From contig CT868068.1 of assembly GCA_000165425.1 (NCBI GenBank), forward strand, positions 1 through 64,000: DNA of 64,000 nt, in the 5' to 3' direction. Source of the DNA: Paramecium tetraurelia. Lineage: Eukaryota. Every line of letters starts with the position of its first letter. Position 1 is the stretch's first letter. A program made the translations under genes and the position numbers. Below are positions 25,849 to 40,175 of the stretch, piece by piece. The notes under the pieces were generated by a model that had not been told where the DNA came from, made no database searches, and saw only the letters and a list, made by a program, of their open reading frames with translations.

Positions 25849-28263
25849 TCAAATTATATTCCACTATTATTATTGAATATAGGTTTTTAGTATTACTTAG
25901 AAATCACTGATACCTTCTACTATCCATCTAAATTAATTGTCTTCTCCTTTGCCCATTGAAAATCTAAAACCATATTTGTTGAGTGATCCTGTTCATTCTA
26001 TAGTGACAACTACTACTATTGTTTAATTTCCTTCTCAATGTGTTGTTTTAATTGCTACCTTGCTTTTTTTAATTGCTCATTATTATTTTAGGTTTTTTGC
26101 TGATTCTTGCCTGTGTTATTGTAATGATACTTTTTATCATCCTCTGAGTAGTTCCTCTCCTAAAGCATGGTTATGAGGTGAAATCCTGTAATTTTGTGAC
26201 ACAATTGATTTTTATTATTGATGATGATAACATTTTCTTTTGAATTTAGGTTGTAGAAGATTTCTAAATATTGTGAAAAGTGTATTTCATTGATTTGGGA
26301 TGATATTGGAAACCAAAATTGGATGTTCTTTTAGTAAATTCTTTTTTCAATCTTCTTCTTGTTTAATAATTGCTCAAAATTATCATTATCGAATTCCGAA
26401 CTGCTTAGTATAATTAATTTGATATCCATTTACAAAGGCAGGGAAATAATCTAATCAAGCTAACTCATCTTTTGAGGGTCCTAGTAATCCATTAAAAATA
26501 TCATTAAATATTGATTCTTGATAATAGATATTATTACATACCTCTTATGAGACCACTATCTTATCTAGTTTCTCTTAGCACTGAGATGTTTCATCTACTG
26601 AAGTTGAGTTAATGAATGATATCTAATAAACATCGCAAATTGGAGAGTATTCCTCATTCACACTCCATTTATCAAGCATTATTTGATTGATGATTTTATT
26701 TACTATATCTAAGTCAGCTTTTTTAGTTAAGCATTTTAACAACTAATGAGCCTGGAAGAAGATCTGCTGTTTTTTTGGTTAAGCAAGATTGGTGATTTTG
26801 AAGTTATCATAAAATTTGATCATTTTCCATTTGTATTTATAATTTTGGTAATTCTAATTTTGGATGTTGAATTAACTATTAACAATTTCATCTCCAAGAC
26901 TCCATTGGATGTGTAAGATAGAATTGATGATAATTTACACTTGACTAACATCTTGATCCTTGAAGATTTATTGTAAAATTTAATAGATTCTGACTTTACT
27001 GGGTAATTGAAATTTCGAGGATTGCTTAATGACCAAAGTATCATAAGAAGCCTTTTTGATGATGGTCAATATTTCCTAAGTCTTGCTCTCAATCTCATTG
27101 GCATTCTATAACTTCAATTGGGAAGGCATGTAAATTTTTTATTGCAATTTCAAATCCTTGTAAATCTTCTAGGTTGACAATTTCAATTTGAAATATTGAG
27201 AGAATTGCGATGATTTCAATTGCAATGCCTATATTAGTTCTTTGATCATGATCTATTTGATTGATTTGTAGATGTGTTGATCGATGTGTTTTTTATCTTG
27301 CAACGACTTCTGCGATTGAAATTAGAGGTCTTTGATGTTGAATTCGTTGATGGATTGGATTTTGTGATTCTGAAGGGTGATAATGGAGGTGTTGTTGGAA
27401 ATGTGAGTTTGTGTTGAATTCAAGAAATTGAAAATAAGAGTTCCATCATCCCAAAATTACTCTTGATCTTCTTGATTTAAGAATTGAGTAAGTATTCTGG
27501 AATGAGAATCTGAGTTTTAATTTTTCTTTTATTTTTTAATGACTTTTGTGTAAAGATTTATGATGGTGTTGTATCTGTCTTCTTTGTCATCCACGCCGAC
27601 GATCACGGAGCAACTAGGGAATATAGAGAGGGTACCTCTGAAATGAATTGGTTTCGATGAACAAATTGATGTTTGAATTGTCATTGTCATCTTAACGAAA
27701 GACAAGCAAAAAGGTGTTATTGAGTTCTCTAATGAATTGCAGTAGAGAATAGCCAATGTCCATTTGATTGATGACTATGATGGTAATGTTGGGATCGATT
27801 TGGATTTTAGAGATCTGATTATTATAAAATCTTAAATTTAATTATTTTGGAAAGAGGTCTCCGACTCTAAGGAGAGCTTGATATTTGAGACCAACCTTAT
27901 TGATTAGTGTATTTAATTTGTAATCTTGGAATCTAATTAGGAATTCTGATGTTTTGATGTAAATTTCCCTCAGTTGATTGGTTAGGACTGGGATCAAGTA
28001 GATGTTGTTGTTAAAGGGTGAGTGGATGTCCTATTAGATGGAGGTTTGCAATTCCTTTAGATAGGGTCTAGAGGAGGGAGAGAGATAATGATGAATTGAT
28101 ACATGAATTTGATTTCAATTGTTTTTGAAATGACGATTTAGCTTTCTTGGAATCCGAGGAGTGTCAATTGTTCGATTAGGAATGCTTCAAAATTGGATTT
28201 GTTGGATTGATGGAATGGTTCAATGGGTCCTGATATGTATCCAGAAGCATTCATACATCCCAT
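25849..28263 (-). CDS. Large hypothetical protein with N-terminal MGC acylation motif and Pro/Gln/Ser-rich N-half
   Basis: ATG 28263 (MGCMNASG), long coding-like frame, TGA at about 25849. Introns not fully resolved. Confidence 0.6.
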
Positions 28264-28332
28264 TAGTATTATATATTATAAATTATAAATTAATACTTAT
28301 GTGACTTAATTTAAATATTATCTTTAAAAAAA

Positions 28333-29157
28333 ATGAGTGGAAGCATGTATGATTTATCAGTAGCCACATATTCCCAAGAGGGACGTATCTATTAGGTGGA
28401 ATATGCAACAAAAGCAGTTGAAAATTCAGAGTACAATTTGAATATATCTATTTAGGACTGTGATCGGAGTCAAGTGTAAAGATGGAGTCATTTTGGCAGG
28501 AGAGAAGTAAAAGTTTTCCAGATTGTTGGAAGACAACACAAACAAGAGAATCTATAATATCGACACTTAAACTGGAATGGCTATATGTGGTAAATTGCCA
28601 GATGGAAGAAACATCTTATAAAGAGCAAAAGCAGAGTCATCTCAATATTAAGACATGTATGCAATTCCAGTATCTGCCAATGTGTTGTCAGATAGAGTGG
28701 CATAATATGTCCATGCCTACACAATGTATTCTGGAGCGAGACCCTTCGGATCTGCAAGTATCAACTCTTCTCTAATATTCAGCATTCATTGCCAGTTACA
28801 ACACTTTCGATGGTTATGAGTTATTCATGATTGAACCATCAGGAAACAAATACGCTTATCATGCATGTACTCACGGAAAAGGTAGAGCCGTTTGCAAGTC
28901 TGAATTTGAAAGAAGGAATTTCAAAGACCTTACATGCTAAGAAGCCTTGGTCTATATTGCAAAGATGTAACTCATATTATCTAATTGTCAGGTTGATATT
29001 AGCACATGAGGAATTCAAAGAAAAGAAATATGAATACGAAATGACTTGGATCACTGATAACAATGGACGCAAACATCAAAGTGTCCCTCAAGATTTGATT
29101 AATAATGCTGTGCAATAAGCCGAATAATTAATTGAACAAGATTAAATGGGAGACTGA
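28333..29157 (+). CDS. PSMA3: 20S proteasome subunit alpha type-3 (alpha7)
   Basis: YDLSVATYSQEGRIYQVEYATKAVEN, GVKCKDGV, YVHAYTMYSGARPFG and MIEPSG. Three tiny introns. Confidence 0.95.
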
Positions 29158-29193
29158 TCATATATCTACATAAAGACAACCATAAATTAGTAT

Positions 29194-32100
29194 TCATATT
29201 TTAAACGATTCTCTTCCACTTTGTTAATGATGTGACTCCTCAAACCCAGAATCATTCTTCTCTACAAAGTATCCATGCGTCTATCTATTAATCGACTTGA
29301 ACTCTATCAATTTATTGTGAATGAAATTAAATGACTCTGGATACTGCGATTCCAATAATTGCTTGGTCTCCTCTGATACTTGCACTCTTCCTTTCTCCCC
29401 ATTGGATTCCATCTTATTCGAAATCATTACATCCGCTCCATACACGTCATACCTCACTATCTCAGTCCCTAAGATGCCAGCTATCACTCTACCCTAATTA
29501 TTTATTCAATATCCTTACTGTGTGAATCCCTATTCTCATATCCAATCCATCAAATCCAATTATTTATCTAACGTTTCGTATAATTTCAATCATACCAAAT
29601 CCCAATTCTACCACATTTTTGGCTTCCTATGCAGGATTCCTTTATCTTATGTCTATTATTCCCAAAGCAACATAACAATCTCCTATTGTGTATAATTTAT
29701 AGGTATTTTGAGTCAAACATTATTTATCGAATTCAGTAAATAGATTTCTCAACATATTCACCACTTATTCCGGCTCCACTTTGCTTGAATACTCAGTAAA
29801 CCCAGCTATGTCTGCAAATAACAATGTAGCATCTTCCAACTATTCAACCAAAAAGACTCTCTGATTATTTGATAAGAATTATTTTAGAATATGATTAGGC
29901 AATAAATATTTCACTAAGTTTTCAGATTAGCTTTTCTTTATTCCCAAAGATCTCTTATTATTAAAAGTATTCAAATCTTAATAAAACATATTGTAATGTA
30001 CTGAAAACATTAATATACCCTAAAATATTGTGTAATAAGCAATTGGCCAACTATGAAATTTGATTAGTACTATCAGAATCTAAGTAAAACAAAACACCAA
30101 CAGAAATATCAATTTTTAGGTAATTTCAATTATCTGAAATGAGCAAAAAAAACAAAGCAATAAGATTCCTTCAGAAGCCTGCAATTCTATTAGTTCCTCA
30201 CTCTTTAACATTATAAATTCAAGCAAGATACTGAATAATAGTAGTATGTAAGTGCCCAAAAAGTAGTTGCTGTTATAGAACTTATGTTTCAATTTCTTAT
30301 TTTATGACAAAGCTAACATCAATAGGATCAATGCAGACACCAACCTTATGACGATGATCAGTTGAGAAATAGCTATAATCTCATATTGCCATATAATGAA
30401 CAAGGTAAAAGTCTTAGCCAAATATTACAGGAAATGCAAATAGATGGTTATTAACACGATGTTTCTGCCCTCAGCCACCTACTCTTTAAACTCAATTGCT
30501 AATTGATATTAATGGTCTTTGAACCCTAGATATAGTTTCTTCCTCTCCAATTACAAACATTCACTTATGACATTGCTACTATCGTCTTCCAAATACCCTT
30601 TAATCTTATCAAATTCTATATCAAAATCAGGGTAATCATCAATTTAATCTATCTGTAATTCTCTTCTTAATTTTTGTGAAATATCTGATAGCAAATTAGA
30701 TTTCTCCAAATATGATTATTACAACTCCTTATCTTAACAACTATTATCCTACTCATTCTCAAGTTAAATGTTCTGATTGCTATTTATTTTGATTTGATTT
30801 AGAGTTGACGTAGCCTAGGGCAACCCTCTCATTAACAAAGTCTACCTTGTATTAGTCTTCCTTCTAAATTACTTGACTTGTTCCTATTATCTATTGGACT
30901 CCTACGAAGAATCCTATTAGGCTGGTATTGATTATTTTGATGAGAATTATTGCAGAATATCCTATTATTGATTTTAAAGGGACACCTCATCTTATTTGTT
31001 GATGATTATACTATTTTATCTTTTCTAAGAATTCTAAGCAAAATACGATGGTTGTTTAGTTTAAGTCTGATACACCTAAGCTTATTATTGTATCATCAAA
31101 GATGTTTGAGGAGAATAGACTATTTAATTGGATTCTTCATTCTTTAAAATGACCCCTCTCTTTTTAATGTTTTTTTTGTCAGTGTTTCTCTTGATATCTT
31201 TGCTTACCTAATAGGTGATTAATTCTCCCTTTCCCTTAGCAGCCACCTTCCTTTCAGTGAATTGCAAATCAGGCATATTGATTTCCTAATAAGCTTCACT
31301 GGATAATGTGACTTATCCATCCTACCCAGTTGAACACACTCTACTGGTTGTGTTAACTGTGTCTCCTATCAACGAGAATTAAGGCTTGTGATGACCAATG
31401 ACACCAGCAATTACTCTGCCATAATGAACCCCGATTTTGATTGTTAAATAACCGATTTAACCATACTTGACCTTCTTTGTATGTTCCATCATCTCCAAGG
31501 ATAATTGAACAGCCTACCAAATATTAACTATATTGTTACTCTCTTAACACAGTTCTGATTGTTAAATTTAGTCCCTTAATCTACAGCTTTTAGTCCACCA
31601 GCAGCCATGTAGGTTTTACCGACTGTCTCAATCTTCTACATGCCATTTTAAGTGCACAACTAATCAAACTATCTGAATAACCCATCCAATATCTTAACTA
31701 TGTTCTCCTTCTCTATGGTAATCAAATCATCAAATCCACAAATATCACAAAACACTATAGATACATTTCCTTAATTTTCAGCTATTTCGAACATGCCCTC
31801 TACAATATTATATCATTTTACTTGCATTTATTCTGTCTCTGATAAATTTTGGCAACAAAATGGACAATACATTGGTCATATTCGATGTCTCCTAATTCAA
31901 CGTGACATCCAACATGAAGTCTTCCCTTTCCAGTCTTATCAATTTGTATTGCAAAGCCATAAACAGAATACATGTGGTTATAGCGATTATATCGCCGTTT
32001 ATCACAGCGAAGTATGTAACTTAAGAGAACTAAAATTCAATCACTGAGAACTTCTTTAGAAATCCTACCATGGATATGAATACTAAAATAAAGTTTACAA

Positions 32101-35100
32101 TCGGCAAATGCACTCTCGATTACAGTACTATCACTATATAGTTTTATGTAATTAATATTTCATAGATTCCATGGGTGTCAGTTGATCCAACATCGCAAAT
32201 AAATTTAATTAGACACCTGATGCTCACGATTGCCAAATTTATAAAGAAAAAGTGCTTTGGATATATGTTTGAACACACCAAGGACAACAATGCTATTTCT
32301 AATGCTATACCCAAGATGTATGTCATAAAATATAATGTGGTCTGAAATTGATTCAAGTTATTGACTACATACAAAATGATCGCAATAATTTCTAAAAACA
32401 GAAGAGTAAATATTGATTTGTACTTCTCCAATTTCAACCATAAAATTTTAGACAATCTTTTGAATTTCATTTCTGTATCTTTGTTCATGAATTTTAATGT
32501 AAACGGATTCACCTTGTCTTGATTTACCTTTAAATTAGATCCCGATACCATCTCCTAAATAGAGATATCCAAGTCATCATTATTTCTTTTAAATATCTTA
32601 CCAGCTATTACTGCTATTCTTTTTATCAGATTGTGATATTTCTTCTTATTCGTATTTTTCTTCCCATTTATTTTTGATTATATCTAGGAGATCTCCTCAT
32701 AACTTTTTTCGCTTTTTATCAAACTTTGACAAAACAATGGCTAAATCACTTCAATACAAGAACTCAAACACAATTAAGCAAAGATATAGAAAAAGAAAAC
32801 AAACCATGAATTTGGATCATCAAATAATCCTTCAAATGTTTCAATATTTTCATCAAACGAAAATTTGACAGACAATAATGACATTGAAAGCCAACAAACA
32901 AGATAAGCAAACAATAAAATTATCCATGCAACCATTTTTTACACTGTTGAAACGCATAATTTTACAATATCACTTCCAATCAATAAAAGTAGTAACATCT
33001 ATCTAATAATACCAATCTAAGCATTATTTTAGTATAAGGTGTAGTAAGATAGCCATAATAACATCGCATCAAGTAAGGCATTCCCATTTATTTTAAATAC
33101 AAAAGATATAACTTTTTTCTTTTTAAAAGTCTTTATATTGATTTTGAATTATTCTTGATACATCTTAGAATCTGCATGATAATTTTCATTTAATTTTGAT
33201 ATCAAACTTGCAATTTGTTATAGAATCAACATCAAACTCTAGTAAACTGTTAACCAACCACCCTCAATCAATTAATAATTTTATGCGCAATTTGTTGAGT
33301 ACATCAGAAACAATGAATATAAAATTAGTAATGATCTATAAAATGAGAATACTAGCAAATCGTCATAAACTTCTGCAAATATCCTACTCTCAAAGAACAT
33401 CAATCCACACAAGTCTTCAAAATTATTTATGCAGATGTCTGAAGTAGGCATTTTTTATACATCCTTAATAGCATAGACCTTTTTTAATGGGTTTTCCATA
33501 ATCTTGTTCATTGAGAATCGTTAGTTCATCTTCAGTTTAGTGCTCATTTTCTAGGTCTGATAACTAGTTGGGATGTGGAATAATTGGATCCCCATATTGG
33601 CTTTTCTGAACATTTGAATATCATTAAATGAATCTCCAACTGCCAAGACTTTTTTGTTTCCTTAGAATTAAGTTTAGATAATTTTAATAATCTCTGCTTT
33701 CTCTTATGCATTGAATTTGTAGGCTATCAATGAGTTACAAAAATAGAGGAGAAATATTAGATGACCCAGTAACACATTATCTTCCTAAATTAATTTAAAT
33801 TGTTCCCCACTTAAAATAATTGAATATGCTTTAATTTCTGGAAATATTTAAGATTACATTTGCTGGCTTTTCCCCATCAATTTATTTTGGCTTTCCTAAT
33901 TCTGATTCTGCTCAGCAATCTTTGAGGGATACTTTTCAGTCAGAGTATTGAGTCTAAGTGCTTTTGATTATTGCATATTGTTGGTATTGGTATTGATAGT
34001 ATTAGAGTCATTGGCTTATAGTTATTAGGCCATTTGAGCCAATTGATTTTTAATTACTAACTTAGCATTATCTGAATCTATGTATAGTAATTGATCAGTT
34101 GTTGACAATAATTTTGACTTGTATGCAACAGGTAAGACTCTATTCAAATCATCGCCTGATAATAAGAACAAACTTAAATCAGCTTATCTCATTTATTATA
34201 TCAGAACCTTAGCATCTGGACGTATTTTCTCTTTGATACCTAATACATGCATAATTTACATATCCTTTTCTATATCGTGAAATAATTGGATTAAATCATT
34301 TTAAGATTGAGAAAATTTGAGCTCTTAATATCTATCAAGAAACTCGGCTTTCTCATTTTCTCTCAAATAAACTTTAGAGTATACCACTGTTCTCATACCA
34401 GTCATATGCAATTTTAGGAATATACGATCCCAATATTCTCTACTACTTTTATCTATGTCAACATATGCCGGTATTTGATTGAACTCTTCCCTTACAATGA
34501 GAACGGAATTAATTAGTTCATCCTCTTATTCATTCTCAGATGAAAATTAAAACTATTCAGCCAATTTATCCGGATATTGTATCAATACTCCTAATCGAGG
34601 ATGCAAGTGGGAATACTGATTAATTGCCAGGATTTGAAATTCATGGATTTCTTTTAGGATTTCAATAATATAAGTGATCTTTCCACTTTATTCATTTGTA
34701 CAAATAAATTTAAAATCGAAAAAATTAGCAAATCTCATTAGCTCTTAATCAAACAAGTGCGAAGTTGAATCATGAATAAATTGATCTTCTTATTGAGTGA
34801 ATTTAGATATTACTTCTTAACACAACAATAAGGAGAGTATTGCTTCCTAATAAAACATTTAAGATGGTCCACAGACTAACTTTTAATAAAATTCTTAATC
34901 TTTATAAAAGGCAATTTCAATTTATTCTTCATCAAACTGAAAAAATTGAGTTTAAAATTTATTATTTCTATGAACAAACGATGATTACTTTTTTATTTAT
35001 CTAAGCTCATCCTTCTTGGTTGCATCACTATCACTTCTAGGCTTTTTCTATTTGTCACTATACATAGACTATTTCTCTTCCACTTACATTAATTAAATTT

Positions 35101-37189
35101 CTTCAAATGGACTAGAGGATGGAGACTATTAGATTGAAAGTGATTGATTGACAATTGATTTATTAAAAAATGGCTTTGGCTTATTTCCCTTCAATTCAGG
35201 TGTAATTTTACAATGAGTATCATCTAAATCCTCAGGCTTTAAATTTTCTACAATATTATGTCCAAGCAATTCAGAAATATTACCATCAGAAATTTTAACA
35301 TTTGCACTGTCTAACTCTGACTTACTCAAAAGTCCAGACTATTATAAAGGTTGAAATGTTTATATTTTATTATTAAAATTATTCTGAGCATCCTCTTCTC
35401 TCAGCTAAGTTTGATGTAAAAATGTAGATCTTTGTTTTATATTCTGAGATTTATTTATAGACTTCGTTAGTTGAATTGTATTTTTACAGCTACTATTTCT
35501 TAACTTTTATTGCTAATCAATTGCAATTTATTCATCAGAATTTTCTTCTTGTTCTGGAATACGAAAATTCGGATTTTACTTCAATTATTAATTGAAATTA
35601 TCTTTGTACAACTACCATCCATTTTGTATCTTTTTTTAACTGAACTTGTACATCATGTCTTCGATTATTATTGATCTAACTCTAAAATCTCCAGATGTCA
35701 ATGTTCCTGTCTTATCAAAACACACATATTCAGTCATCACCAAATCACCGATAGACACAGAGTTCAATTATTAATAATTGATGGTTTATTATGGTTAATT
35801 TTAACTATTCATTCCTCCTAGATTTGAACCACCTTTAACTCGGTAATCAAATTAACTATGATATTTTGATCTCCTGTATTTAAAATGAGCATATCCCATT
35901 TCAATTAAATCTATACAATTGTAAAAGTATATTGGCGTTGTCTTCAGATACTGAATCATATAAAAAACCAATGTAATGCTATCAAACACTGCTTCTTCAT
36001 ATTCACTTCTGCACAGCTTAAACGATGCGACCAACCAACTGATAAATGTTATTATTATGCTTATGGTCAAAGTCAGTGCAAAAAACATCCTAGATTTTTA
36101 AACAAAAAATGACTTTTTCTCTGCCATATTTAAATTATCATAACACACGCATTTCTGCCCTACAAATAATACCAACCCAATCAAGTACTAACACGTTTTC
36201 AATTGCTCTTCTCTCCTTACTACATTTTGTCTATTGAAATTTTCCCCTTTAGGGTCCTTTTTTAATTTGATATAACCAAAAATATTCTCATTTGAGTCTT
36301 TATCAAATTAAATTTGACCAGTCAATATCTTTTTGTAATCAAAACCCTATGCTTTGTATTTACCATTTTTTAGCATTGTTAATTATGTTGGTTACCTTCC
36401 ATCCTCTTAAGTCTAACCATCTAATTATTATGTTGAAATTCCAACAATATCGTCCGATACATCAATTATTAATATGTCTGCAGGACAAACTTCATTTCTT
36501 TTTAAATAAATTAAATCCCCTACTTCTAACTGTTACCATTGAATATTTTCATATAGTTATAGTTTTTCTTTTTTTCTCCCGGACTAAACTGAATGGGGTT
36601 TTTTTTATATCTCTACTTTTGATATTACTACTTATGGTTCTTTGGAAATTAGTTAATTCTCAGTTTGTACTGCGACAATTTGTGGCTTGTTTCCTGAATT
36701 AATTTCTTTCCTCAATCTTCTGTATCTTGTGACTTCTCGGTTATTGGTTTTCTTGTCGTATTCCATTTTTTGATAATCAAAATAAAATGCCTTTGCAATT
36801 TACAACACATAGTGCATCGACAATGGCAAAATGTACATTACCAAATCCTCTTAACTTTAATTATCAGATTATTATTACTTAATTTAAAGAGTGCAAAAAT
36901 GAACAATCATCACTAAATAATAGATTAGAACCCCTATTCTTTCAAATTACTTGAAAAAGAGATAGAAAAGCAAATTCTTAAAATCAAAATACCCCGTGTT
37001 GATCTTATTAACTAATTCGCTTTACTTCATTCCTTTTATATTCAAAACCTCCCCACAATCAATTTCTATCTATTCCACTCAAATTCAAATAAATACTTAG
37101 TAATGAAATCTCTTCTGGTTTTGCCGACTTTTGGCATTATCATATTTACGTTTCAATTGCTCATATATTAATTTTCCTAATGTTTTCAT
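29194..37189 (-). CDS. Bifunctional P4-type-ATPase-like / guanylyl cyclase (alveolate type), ~2630 aa
   Basis: FDKTGTLT, LSGD and AVGDSFND, then two TM cassettes each followed by a cyclase domain (KIETVGKTYMAAGG...QFSLIGDTVNTTSR; FADIAGFT...LYTIGDCY...RYDVYG). Introns of 27, 22, 26 and 25 nt give 2632 codons. Confidence 0.95.
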
Positions 37190-38843
37190 TATACTTTTAT
37201 TAAATAATTAAGAATATCATTTTTATTCAATTTAATTAATTTGAATTTCCAAAAGGATTCAAGTTTATTTTTCTTTAGATTTAGCATACTGAAAAATCAA
37301 AAAATGGAGAGACCTAAATTCTTGTTTTGACTTTGGTTATAATTACAATTGTTGCTTTTAATTTAACAGAAAATTGTTATTTATACAGAAAGGTTGATAA
37401 CACACTCATAACCGAAAGTGATTTGAACTAATGTTTATGAATTACTTTACATTACATTATAAAAATAGTAATTATTATCTTATATAAATAAACTAAAAGT
37501 TCCAAATTTTTTATTTTAAAGCAAATTAAATTTTATGAGATTGAAGAAACAAATTTATATGTTATTTGAAGCTTTAAAGTCTTATGGAAAATATTTGATG
37601 TAATCAAAAATTTTAAATAAAAAAATAATTAAGAATCATCAATCCTCAAGATGATTGCATAATTTAATATTTATTTAATTCTATTATTGCTAAACTATTG
37701 TAAATATGATGAAATATGTAAATTGAAATGAATATTTGTAAAAAAAATATAATCCCATGATTCTAATAAAATTTAACTGATTTTTGAAAAATTAAATTAA
37801 ATTAAATAATGACTATGAATAGAAAATACGGGTTTAAACAAAGGAGTGAAACAAAAATCATTTTTTATTTTTATAGAGTTAAATGCCTTATTACATTTAG
37901 GATACCTTATCTTAAATATTAGCATAAATGTACACAATTTAGGAATAAACCAAAAAGGTCTCAGTTATGATGATAGTAATCTTTAAAGAATAGGCATATT
38001 TATTTGAAACTAACCTTTAAATACACTCAATTGCTTTTAAAAGCTTAAAATATTAACGTTATGAATATTTTTCTAATTTAAAATTATTTCTAGAAGATTA
38101 CTTTGGTTATAATCCATATTTTATGTTTGACAATCATTTTAAACCATTATATTTAAATGGAAACTTTTAGATTCTTTTCCAAAATCGTGATTTTTTGTTA
38201 AATCTGCATGGAAGGATTATTACAATTTTAATTATTCAATCAAATATATGATAACTCTATTTTGGAGGCGTTTTAGAAATTAATTTATCTTTAAATCATA
38301 TATACCTTAGTCCAAGATTTTAGTTTTTAACATTTCAATCATTTCCCTAGCATCATCACAACTAAATTAAAATATTATTCTTAAAGAATTAAGTAAATTA
38401 ATTGGTATATTAAAATTAAATTTGTAAAAGCAATTTGAATTTTAGGTATCATTTATTGTAAGTATCGATTTTGATTATTATATAATTCTCATAAAAGTCA
38501 AGTAAATCCTAATTAATTCTTTATCTTGGATAATCAACTGTCAAATCAGTGATTATCTATTAACATTAATAAAATTAGAATCCACTTAAATTCAATTATT
38601 ATCTCATTTATCAGTTGAAGATTTAGCATTAGCATTCTGTTTATTTAGTTGTTATGTTATTGTCATTTTCAATCTATTTAATATTGTAGAATTCAATTTT
38701 GTTTGGATTATTCAATTTTATGAATGACCTAAACTCAACTTGAACTCTATCAATTCTATTTAAACATTTTTTGAACCAATAAATAGGGTTATAACTATTG
38801 AACTTTTGTATTTTTTCAATATGAATAATAATTTTTATTTAAT

Positions 38844-39677
38844 ATGAAGTTTTCATTCTTGAAACATAATTTAGCTGAGCTTATCAGTAGTGCAGAACTG
38901 TTAGATTCACCAAGCTCTATAATAAAGAAATTCGGTCCATACCTTATGACCAGTTTATTTAATGGAAAGCTTTAAGAGAGTCAGGAAGTCATAAATTATA
39001 TGGAAAAGAATATTGATAAAAGTTCTTTCATTCGAAACTTTACTTATGACCCTCATGCTAAAAATTGGAGAACTAACTATAGGAAATCAATTGAAAGTTT
39101 AGCTTGTTCGATTATAGTTGATAATCAAAATATCATTGATAAGCATTACACAACAACATTGAAGTAAGAATAAATTACTTTGCCAGAAGCACTGCCTTTA
39201 GCGTATACTTTGGTTGTTTAAAAAGTAAAAAAGTGGAATACCACGCAAGAATAAGAGGCTTTGGAAAGATTAACCTATTTACTAAATAATTAAAAGCAGG
39301 ATCAATAAAAAATGAATATAAACCTTCTGTATTAAAAGTATTTCCTATCTGACCTTGGATAGTATTACCCTGATTTGTTAAGTTATTCTTAAGGTAAGAT
39401 CTTCTGTACAGAACTGCCCTTGGATTACTTTATCGGGGAATTGAAAACAGAGTACAATGATTTCTTTATCGAAGATAACAGTTTGGTTGATTTGAAAATA
39501 GGTGATTAAGTTTATGTTTTTATGTACCCTGAAGAATTCGAGAACACAACTATTAAAGCTTTTTTGTTAAAATTTGTGAGAATCAAGAGATTGCAGGAGT
39601 TGTACTCTAATGTTCATGTTGTTTGGTGTTATAAAGGGATGAAAAAGAAGGAGTTACTAGACGCTATTGGTATCTGA
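38844..39677 (+). CDS. Hypothetical protein (277 aa)
   Basis: Uninterrupted ciliate-code frame from MKFSFLKHNL to LLDAIGI followed by TGA. Confidence 0.75.
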
Positions 39678-40175
39678 GAGCTTGTGTTATCATATATATT
39701 AATAATCAAGAAAAAAAAAAAATATATATATCAAATAATTTGGTTTTGAGCTTATTTTCTTCTGCATTTTATATAACCATATTTTATGTGTGTGCACTAT
39801 TTAAATTAATAACACAAAGTTTTATATTGAAAATATGCATTTATAAATTAATATTATTTATTTTATAAATTTTACAGGAAGAAGATGAAAAAATTAATTG
39901 CTGCTTCACTATCATTTATGTCCCTTTTGACAATCGGAATGGTATTTAAATCCCCTTACTGATCAGTATTTATTATGATTATTATTAAAATATACAAAAA
40001 TCATAATCATAAACTATTTAATCTCAATGGATCAAAAGAATTCTACATCTATATTAAACTTCAAACAGAGGTGTCTTTGTGATTGTGTATGACCACATTT
40101 AATTTTTAAATAAATTATATTTTATAATTTTTAAGAGCAATTTATTATGATATATGCATGAAATGATAAAATATT

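Noticed and set aside
38844..39677. Possible RAP-like domain at the C-terminus
   Set aside because: Similarity is too weak to call by eye.
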